A stretch of 64,000 nt of DNA from Lytechinus pictus (Eukaryota). The first letter of the stretch is position 1. Each line of letters begins with the position of its first letter. A program made the translations under genes and the position numbers. This document shows, in pieces, positions 54,039 through 64,000 of this stretch. The notes under the pieces were generated by a model. That model saw only the letters and a program-made list of their open reading frames with translations. It made no database searches and had not been told where the DNA came from. The stretch covers positions 7,566,001 to 7,630,000 of the forward strand of contig NC_087251.1 of assembly GCF_037042905.1 (NCBI RefSeq), read 5' to 3'.

Positions 54039-57000
54039 GTAATTCATCTATTTTCGGAGTCCCCTTTTTCACACTTTCAAGAGACAGTTGCTTTTTTTTC
54101 TCTAATTTTTATGATAAATTTCATCTTTTCACCTAGCTGTTCACTTTGTCTTCATTTCATTCATATTTTCACAGTATTTCAATGTTTCTCCAGTTTACCT
54201 TACTCGTCTTTACATGTACTGTGCTATTAATCATCTAGTTTGCTGCATACACAATGGTTCTCATCTCTCGTTAACCAAGCACCATTATTCATCATATTTT
54301 TAAAAAAGCATCTTCATTCGTCAATATCAGGGTTTAATCAGAATTACTGGAACAATTTTGTCTGTTTTCAGATTTTAATTTCAGTTATTTCATGGAAATC
54401 CTTGTCCTGTTCATTAGGTTTAGGACTGTTTTTGCTTCTTCAGATATTACTGCAGCCCTGGTTTATATGAAATTTGCACTGGATGTTTAGTTAACATTGA
54501 AAACACCCCCCCCCCCCCAAAAAAAGTGATGATTCGAGAAAAATTACATTATGAAAATACCAAAGCACTTTGAGGTAATTGATGCGATGCAACTATCCAA
54601 TACTTGATTCAGGAAGACAACTATCTGGCATTGTGATACATATAATTGGCTTAACCTAAGCAAGACGAAAATAGAGAAAAGAATGTTGAAATAAAAAGTT
54701 TGACTTATAAAAAGAGAGATGCTTGCCTGCATTCTATATCTTGCACATCGCTATTAATAGTTATCGTTCTCACATAGCAGTATCATATCTATCCAGCTCT
54801 TTAGTAGTATTTTTCAAGTTACACTGTCTGCTCATGCCTAAAATGTTTCATTTCAGCATTCCACATTTCTGAGAAAAGTGGCCTTAGATGTTACCTTACA
54901 GCATGACCCATCCATATAGGAGTGCTTTTTCACTCTTAAGATTGATTTGATATTTAGTACTTGTAATGTAGGATAGATCAATCCAGAGATGTGTAGCTTG
55001 AAAATGCTTCAAGAATTTGATTTTTCATTTGTTTTCTTTAAATAATAGGCCATACTGTGAACCGCTTACCAATCAATTATAAATTATTTTGCTTCATTTT
55101 AAGCTTTGATCATGTGATGCTTTAAAGGGTTAAGATTTTCTTTGTTTTAATGAAAAGAATTTAAAAGATTTCATAGGAATGTGATCCTTGGCACTTCAGT
55201 GAAATGAATATTATAAAAAAATATGAAAATATATACATTTGTATAGATGAAGTCTGTAGAAATATCCTCATAATCAAAATATGTTTGCTCTGGGGTGTTT
55301 CATGCAGTAACACACACAAAAAAATACTTTTCATAGAAAAGGTTACAAAAAAAATATTAATGTTCCAACCAATGATCTACTAGTCTCCTACTCCAGACTT
55401 TAAATTATGTTGGATTTTTTTCTCATCTGTCACTGAGCTTCAATTAATCTTTCAAATTATGTAATCCGTGTTTCTTAGATAATGTGATAAGGCATCAATA
55501 AGAAGCTTTAAAGCTACCCCTGCTTTCTTCCTCTTTACCTTCAGCCATGAAAACATCAAACAAGCATACACAAATAGCATGTCATACATCTCAGAGAACT
55601 CCTTTCTTTAGTATTCTTTTCATCATTGTATCATCTATACTAACCATCATCTCATTTATTTAGCCTGTGTTTTTGTTTCATGTGTTTACTTGTGTCATGT
55701 ATAAGGGCAGTCACTGAAACACAGAGTAGCCAAGTCTATTGGGTAGTCTGTCATCATTCATCACAGAACTTAGAATATCTCATACCTCCATTAGATTGTT
55801 AATGAGATTTGTAAACCTAAAGTGCATTGTAATTTAACAAAATTTGTGTCATGTTGTCATTATAACACTTAGCTCATTTTCCCTTAATAGAAACTAATGC
55901 ACTAACAATAACATTTTGTTGTTTTTACATGAAGAACAGCACTGTAATTCGATATGTGTTTGTCTGAAGAGATAAGATAATGTAGGATATTTTTTTCTTA
56001 AGTTCATTGTTTGTAGAGGTGTTTTGTTAGAATCAAGTTAAAACTAGCCTGGAGGTGAAATTATCAGCTCAAAATAATCAAATTTTGATATGATTATCAT
56101 AGTGAATTACACATCTAAATAATTTTAAATAGTTCACAATTACTTTCCAAATTTAATGAAAAGAATCGTTCTATAAATTCATTTTTCCGACACCCAATTT
56201 TCTTAATTCACTTTTTTGTACAGGCAGAATTAACATTATGGGATTGGCCGTTTGGTAATGAATATTCATTCATCACTTTCTAATGTAATTTTCATTAAGA
56301 GAGATGATCAATCACGCTTTTCATTATTGGCAGATTTTATCTGTGGGATAACCATGTTACATTCCTTTTTAAAAATCAATAATCACTTTTAGTTGGAGAA
56401 TTTTTAATTGAGTAAAAAAATTTGTAATCTCTAGAATGTGTACTTTGATTCAGGGATTGAAATGTCATAGAATTTTTATATGGGGGGGGGGGGGTAGCAT
56501 CAAACGTTAAAGAGCAAAGTGACTGAACATCTCTAATTGTATATTCAGTGCAGCTAGCAAACGGAAGATACCTTGTTATGCCGGGGCAGACACCAAACCA
56601 TCTGGCTGGGGTGCAATTTCATTCCATATACAGAAGTAATGAATATTCATGACCAAAAGGCCAATTACAGAATCAAAATTCTGCCTGCACAAAAGTTAAT
56701 GGGAAAATGGGGAGTCAGGAAAATGTGGTCACATAATGGAAACACACATTATTAACTCCCTTAAAGGTCACATTATTATTTATTACATGTTGAAATGAGT
56801 TGAAGTATTAAACATCAGTTTATATTTTAGGCTTAGTTTATTCATCAAAATTTGTTGTCTTTATGATTTGATCACAACCCCCCCTCCCCAAATATCTTTT
56901 GAGATGCGATTAACTGATTTATATTTTCCCAGGTACTTTTTAAAAATTACTTTTGATACATGATGTAACTTTGGGACCAAAGATAAAACTTGTCTTTGTT

Positions 57001-58393
57001 TTGTCAACACCTTATCCCTGCTTTCAAGTTGCTAATTTGACTCTTTATCTATAAGAAAGGTCTACTGATGTAAGCAGAAAAGGAATTTATCCATGACGGG
57101 GTATTTTATCTCATGATAGGGGGAATTTGGTTGGAATGACCGTGGTAAGAGAAAATACATACAAAAGAATGCTGATGGTTCTTTGAGGACTATGGCAATG
57201 CAGTAGTAGTAGTAGTAGTAGTAGTCGGGGAATTTCCTGCACAATAAAATGTAAAGTTATCAGTTTTTGGTTAGCTGAGGGAGCAAAGCATTTGTACCCC
57301 CAACTTGATATACAAAAGGATATTCCAGTGCAAGGGAGTGTAGTGACTGAGCAAGAAAGTTGTATGTTCATCAGCGAAATTTTTCAATTTGAATCTAGAA
57401 GGCGGTACACAAGACAGACAATACATTGACAGATCCTTTACTATGTTCTTCAGTCAAATTTAGGCACTTCAATTTTGCACTTTTAAAATTTAAAAGACAC
57501 ATTGTTCAATGGCAACCATGCTCCCCCCCACAAAAAAAAAGCATTTTCAGAAGTGAAATTCTGAAGCAATATCATATCAAGTGTAGAGTTCCATCTCCTT
57601 TTTTTGCTCATCAATCAAAAGGGGAGGGGGACCCTCTTGTGCCCCCCCCCCCCCCATCACACTAATAGAGTAATCAAAGGAACATGAGTCATATGTTTTG
57701 GGATGGGTGCTCAATGAATTGGTCTCTTTGCATATGAAGAGAAAATGACATAGAACAGAATTGTTTCAGATTTGAGAGTAAAATAAGTAGATGTTTGAGA
57801 AAAAAAAACCTGGCTGAATTACATTAAATCTAAAAGTTAATATTGAATTGTCTGGACAACAAGAGCTTATGTTTATTTTGCAGTCCTTAATAACTCTTTT
57901 AAGTTATATATGATTACATATCTTACGATCTCTGACTTTCTGTGGATGACACATGCTTATTTACAGGGAAGTTAATCTAATTCAATTTCAAATAAAGATC
58001 TATTTTCTATACTTTCATTGCCACCATTTCTTTTCCTTGCACTCAGTGGTTACTATATAAAGCAATGCACAAATACTGTCTAGTTCTTTTTTTCTTTGTT
58101 TTGGGATGTCTTATAGAGACCATGTATGCTCTGAAACCCTTTTTTTTCTCTCAATGGCAAGGTACCATTCACTATTAACAGTGGTCATATATATTAATAT
58201 GCAATTGTTGCATCAAAAGATAAACTGGGTCATCCAACATCTACATACCATCTCTAGAATTTTGAATTTCTTTGACTTTTCATCTAAATCTTTCATTTTT
58301 TTTATATGTTGTACGATGTAATCTTCATCCGTTTCATTTATATGTTCTCTTTTTTTCCCTTCATTTTTATGCATTTGTTTTTACTCATCTCAG

Positions 58394-58456
58394 ACCAAGT
58401 CTCTGATCCCTAAATTGCCCAGTCTGGCAACCAAGGCCGAAGTCTTGGATAAATGA
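58394..58456 (+). CDS. RGS7: Probable terminal coding exon (TKSLIPKLPSLATKAEVLDK*)
   Basis: Strong pyrimidine tract then atctcag|ACC; phase 0, in frame with the preceding exon, coding-like composition, TGA at 58454-58456. No homology support for the tail. Confidence 0.7.
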   Translation, partial: TKSLIPKLPSLATKAEVLDK

Positions 58457-61320
58457 TGCCGCTTGCAGACGCTTCACCTCAACACTAATCATGGTACTAA
58501 AACTTTCTTTTTCTCAAAGGAAAAATGAAAGAGACAGCCTCACCCTATAGCAACTATCTTCTGTAAGGCCTTTACACATCAAATTCTAACCAATTAACCC
58601 CTTCTCAAGTGAAAATAGGGACAGTTTTTTTACTTTTAATTTTCTGATCAGTCATGAATTCTCTTTTTAAAATTTTCTCACTTCTATGCATCAAGAAGTG
58701 AATTAAAACCAAATTTTATATATCTCCTTTCCAAGTTTCACTTATTCATATTATCTCTTAGCACAGGTTTCCACAGTGATTTAAAAAATATTCAGAGATT
58801 CACACAAAATATACCAGAGTATGAAATAAATTGGTATATTTACAAAGTTTTTATCAGTATGTTTTTTTTTCTTTACCTGAGCATTATTGCTTTTGTTCAA
58901 GATAAATCATATAACCTACTAATATTTTGAGTAATACAAAATTTCCAAAGCTTACTAATTAGTCAAAGATAGTTAACTGCCCACAATAGATAAGCTGAAG
59001 TGTGATTTTTTTATGTGCAAAGGCCTAAGAGTGTAGATTTATTCTGATTAAAAAGGAAAGATGAGTTTATGAATAATTGTCCTTTGACCATTCTGTTGAT
59101 TATTTTATCACTTTTTGTGTTAAGTGCAGATCATTTTCATTAAAAAAAAATTATTTTGAAATTGGTGATAAGTTATCAGCTTAAGTATAAATATTTCATT
59201 TATTCATCACAATAGATATATATATATATATATATATAAATTAACATTTTAAAGTTTTTCAGCAAAAATCCTTTATCAGAACTCACTTTGAATAGTTTGG
59301 ATTAATATCCAAATTCTTTTGTTTTTCATGAAGAATATGAGAAACAAGAACATTTCCTATTGACTATCAAATGAAATGGTCTGCACTTTCTCATCTATAC
59401 TTGTTATATGTTGTGTCCCTGTGTAATGTATGTGAAGTATTGTTATTATGTAGCCCATGTTTGCCAAATCCATTGTTAACTTGTTGGCACTATCTTACCC
59501 TATTGCATGTGCACTAATACCTGTGGTTTGCATGTGTTAATAATATGACCTGAATTTGTATCCCTCTTCCACCTGCTTTATACCTGTATGTAATGCAAAA
59601 AAACTGACTGGTTTGGATTGGTTGAAATAATTTTTTATATATGATACTAGACTTAGCACTTCATTTTCAATTAAAAGTTGAAAATTAAATGTCAATTTGA
59701 AACAGCGCTATAGTTGTTGAGGGAACGCACCTTTTTAATTCTTATTTTAGATAGGCCTACAAAGTAAGAGTACGACGTGTAATCGATATAACATCCATTC
59801 ATGCACTATAGTTGTTCATTATTTTCCATTATTTATGTTGTGTTATTTTATTTTCTATATCATGTTATATAAGAAACTGTTTTGCTATGAATTCAATGGT
59901 TGTTAATTGGTTGTCATCTTGTAAAATTGTGATAATACATAAAAAATGTGAAAGACTTTTAGACCCAATGATCTGATATCACCCATTTGTTTGATTTCAT
60001 TTTATTAGAAGAGATTCAGTCTTTTCATTCTCAGCGCTTATGAACCCCTTTTAAAAGTGCTATAAAAATGCAACGTATTATTTTTTTTCTTAAAAAAATA
60101 TGGGGTATCATAGACTATTTGCACAACCATGAGAAAGCCCATCACTTTTCATTTGACTCTAGTCAGAATTGCACCTCTCTTTAGCTGTTTAAAAGTACTG
60201 TAATATACTCAACTTTTGGAACTGAATTTTAGAAATATCTCTGACTTTGTATTTATGAAGTTTGCATCAACTGATAACTGTTAATTTGTAAGAAAGGGGG
60301 TGTAGGAACTTAGTCCTTGAAAACAGATATTCATGGATATATGTTTTAAACTGATTTGTTTTGGACCAATGCAATTTAAGGCAGATGTTAAGATTTAAAA
60401 AAAACAGCCAAATTTCATGTGGAATTGATGATTACAATATTTGTTCACCCATCCCTACCCTTATCCTAGTCCCATTCATTTCATTCCCTGTGTTATGTTG
60501 AATGTAATGTCTCGAATGTTCCCCAAATCCATTTGACTTGTGCAATGTTGACAGTTATTTTGTGAAAGTGGATTGAATATTTGACAATTTTGCTGATTTT
60601 ATTTTACTGGTATACCTATTCATTTCATGATATTGATATTCAGAAGTAGTTTGAATTGACATTTGGGGAATTTTTATGATTCAGTTCTGCAAAATTAATT
60701 AGCTGTTGAATTAATATCAATTGTCTGATGCAATAAAAATATATTATTTCCATGAAAGAAAATTTGCAGGTATTTTTTAATTCATGACGATTAAACAAGC
60801 AGGTCTATTTCAAAGACCTGAAATATGTGTATTAACACATGACCCAAACAAATTCAACAGCCTGCTTCATAGTTTGATTTGATAGGACTTGTCCTTTTTT
60901 AATTAGCCATACAATTAAGGAAATAATGATTCAGAAAATTCACACAATTGTAACAAGTTTGGCAATCAATCACACTTAAAAAGCTTTGATCTTCAAGTTT
61001 TAAAAACTTTTAAAGCTTGTCCAAAATGCAATGTTTGAAAAATGTATGTGTACGTCAATTAATATCATGGTAGCTAAACTGAATGCAGTTTTCATTTTCA
61101 AAGCTTGGAGATTTTTTGGTAAATTTTTTGCATCTTCCACCATTGCAGTTGTGCATTTGGGTGATGAATAATAGATCTTCTGAAATACCAAAAAGGATTG
61201 AATTGCACCTTTTAAATTTTTCTTGAAAGCTTTTATCATTCATACTTCCCTTCATTTCATCTAGAGCTTGGTTTGTTTTTGATTGTGTGTTGTTGTTTTT
61301 TATCTCCTCTTTGTTTTCAG

Positions 61321-61368
61321 CACCCTAACAAGTTAATGCAGCATCTTACCAATCTACACATAGTCTAA
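61321..61368 (+). other. Start of a downstream last exon (3'UTR, or alternative tail HPNKLMQHLTNLHIV*)
   Basis: Strong acceptor ttttttatctcctctttgttttcag at 61320, followed by higher-complexity UTR-like sequence; the phase-0 frame closes at TAA 61366-61368. Confidence 0.4.
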
Positions 61369-63343
61369 CCAAACCTGTTTGAGCATCTCATGAATCTACA
61401 CATAGTCTAAATACCAGACCTGAGCTGAATATGGCTATTTCCCCCCTTGGATCATGGCTCTCATAGAGCATTGTGACCAATGCATGTGTCATTGTGTTGG
61501 ATGATGATTGGTGACTATCTAAATACCATCAAAGTAGTACCAGGATTACCCTACCATCCAACAATCACATACATCCTTTAGAACGGCAATCATGCAACTA
61601 ACATCAGACACCTTGCTACACGCATGGACTACCCGACCTACCCCAGGAACTACCTACCTGAGTGGCTTTTTACTAGCACTGCTTCATGAGAAACAAAACT
61701 ACTTCTAAACACTGACATGTTAAGGCGTGCAATGACATGCTAGGCATTAATAAAGACAAATTAACAGCTCGCAAGAGACTACAGAGACATGATTATGATG
61801 TCTCTCTGTTTCATTAATGTGTGTGTTCTTCAACGGACCATCTTCTACAAAAGAGAAGAGACAAAGATACTCTTGCACAGATTTTTGCATATTCTCTGGT
61901 CCTTCAATTTTTTTTAAAGAACTTTTATATGAGATTGAAGTAGAGTATGAATTGTTTCTTTCCCTTTTTGCCAATCAGAAGCAGAGATTATTCTCTTATA
62001 AGCCCTTGCCTATATAACCTCTCTTCTCTCACTCTTCTCTCTGGATATGCTGATTTGACTTAGATGGGTGTTAACTCGCGATGGCAACGAGCAGCACTGC
62101 TTGTTCGATCTCATCTTCATAATAGGACACCAATGGCTTCAAATGAAGAACCAATGAGTCCTGCACGCAAAGTTCAAACATTATGATCATGTGATGTAGG
62201 AACAGAATACAGCTGGAAGTCATACCCTAATATGTTGTTATCTTGGACCACCAAAGGTTTGACCGGCAGCCATCGTGAGTGCTACTACAATTTTTATTGT
62301 GAGAAGTGATAGCTGTAGTATGCGTCGAAAGAGAAGTCTTTGTGTGTGAAGAAATGAAAGACTAGCTAATGAAGGCAGGAATGTTTTTCTGTGATGGAAC
62401 CGTAGCTGATTCTGCATTCGCTACGTGTATGTAGGATAACAGATCACTTCTGAACTCCCAGCATAGCGGATATCTACAAGCTTCATAATATGCAAGTACA
62501 AGTGTTTAGCAGATATATTAATGTTACGCTTACAGTGTAGGTCAGGGATCAACTCTTCACCTAAATCATGTTCTAATAACTACTCTGATATTCAGTTATC
62601 TAATTGAAATTCACCCTCGGATAACTTTATCATACACAGTGTGGTGAGTCCTTGGTCTACCAGCATAGAAAAGAAAATACACATGTACATGATTTACAAA
62701 GTAGTCTATTTTGCACAAGTTATTAGAATCCATAGTTACCAAAAAGCCAGCATCACAGTCCATTTTCATGAATTATCATGGAGCTAACATGTCTGTAATT
62801 ACACTTAATGACCAAAAAAGATATTAATATCATTTAAGTTTTTGAAATTTGTAGGTGGATTACGAGTATGTAAAATGAATCTTTATTTGAAATAAGCTAT
62901 TGTTATGGAATTCTTCAAACAGAATATTGTCAGGAGACATCTTTGAAATCTAATATGGATGTGTTTGTCAATCAGTATGTTGCTACAGGATACATGAAAA
63001 GTAACCATTTTAATCTCGAAAGGATTTAAAAGTGATCCCAGCAGAATACAAAGTCTGATCCCACAGAAACAAATGAATTATCTTGTAGCATATTTGAGCA
63101 TACATGATCAGGGAAAATTGCTATTAAGTTGAAAAAGTGTGTGTCACAGTTGTGATACAAAACAATTAACCTTTCTAACTACTGAATTTTCTGTTATGTA
63201 TAGACTTATGCAGGGACAATTCAATTCCTTTAGCCAATAAATTCAGTTGGAACAGAAGGCAAGATTGCTTATAAAATGCATCTGTAACGATTGTTGTCTT
63301 TGTTTTGTCATTTCATATATAATATGTCCAAAATCTGACTATA

Positions 63344-63880
63344 CAGTGCATCCCAGAAAAAAACGGAACCGAGAATAATTGATGATTGATAAAAACGCAA
63401 TCACAAATACAATAGACAAATTACCTATCATTGCAAAGCTTAGAATCTCTCCTCTTTCACCTGGTAGAACTCAAAAGAAAATCACATGTCTAAATAGTTC
63501 AATATCTGCTCTTTAATTTGATACCTCAATCACATAAAAAATAATGGTCATCTCAAATAACAAAGTTCTGTTTATTTCAAATAATACTTGAATTTCAATA
63601 ATTTTACAAAATGAAGATGTTTTACTTGCTTGCTGTCCTCAACACCCTGTTTTGTTGACGGTCAGCCATGCATAAATTCTTTTGTTAACCATGCGACAGC
63701 TACTTGAGGGAATCTGTGAAAAAACATTTGTTTTATGAAATTTATGGAGTTACCAGTACAAGCATTATTTCAAAGAGACAACTTTGTTATTTCCTGACCA
63801 TTTTTTGTGATTTGGGTTATCAAACTAACAAGCAGATATCAAATAAATAATTCTCTGTTTTGTTATTTCTGGTTGCACTA
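63344..63880. mobile_element. TA-flanked Tc1/mariner-like MITE
   Basis: TA|CAGTGCATCCCAGAAAAAAACGGAACCGAGAATAATT ... AATAATTCTCTGTTTTGTTATTTCTGGTTGCACTA|TA. Confidence 0.7.
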
Positions 63881-64000
63881 TAATGTTCTTATTTCTTGAA
63901 TACAAACCTGAAAAAGTCAGAAATCATTAGGATTTAAAATCCTGTAGCAACATGCCTAGTGACAATCCAAGTTAAAAAGACAATTATTTGGGGCATGACC

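Noticed and set aside
55638..55746. TACTAAC followed by possible acceptors as another 3' exon
   Set aside because: Several competing AGs and no convincing donor or peptide; cannot be supported.

Overview
AT-rich eukaryotic (animal) genomic DNA. The repeat families suggest an echinoderm such as a sea urchin, but this is inference. Almost the whole window is one + strand, intron-rich gene for an R7-family regulator of G-protein signalling (RGS6/RGS7/EGL-10-like; DEP-DHEX-GGL-RGS). I could read 13 phase-compatible GT-AG exons from 6688 to 58456 (1338 nt, 445 aa plus stop); the start-codon exon appears to lie upstream of the window. The most striking structure is a ~3.9 kb, nearly perfect palindromic foldback element (6794-10717, 9-nt central spacer, target-site duplication). 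It is inserted immediately after the first 9 nt of the intron following the first visible exon and carries internal 31-bp and 20-bp repeat arrays and a promoter-like GC patch in each arm. Very long AG-depleted pyrimidine tracts with branch-point motifs lead to two in-frame candidate alternative exons (66 nt and a 21-nt microexon), and there are several candidate alternative C-terminal exons. The introns hold many non-autonomous DNA transposons, a Helentron/HINE-like element, a palindromic Penelope-like remnant with hammerhead-like motifs, and microsatellites. Most entries in the ORF track are spurious.
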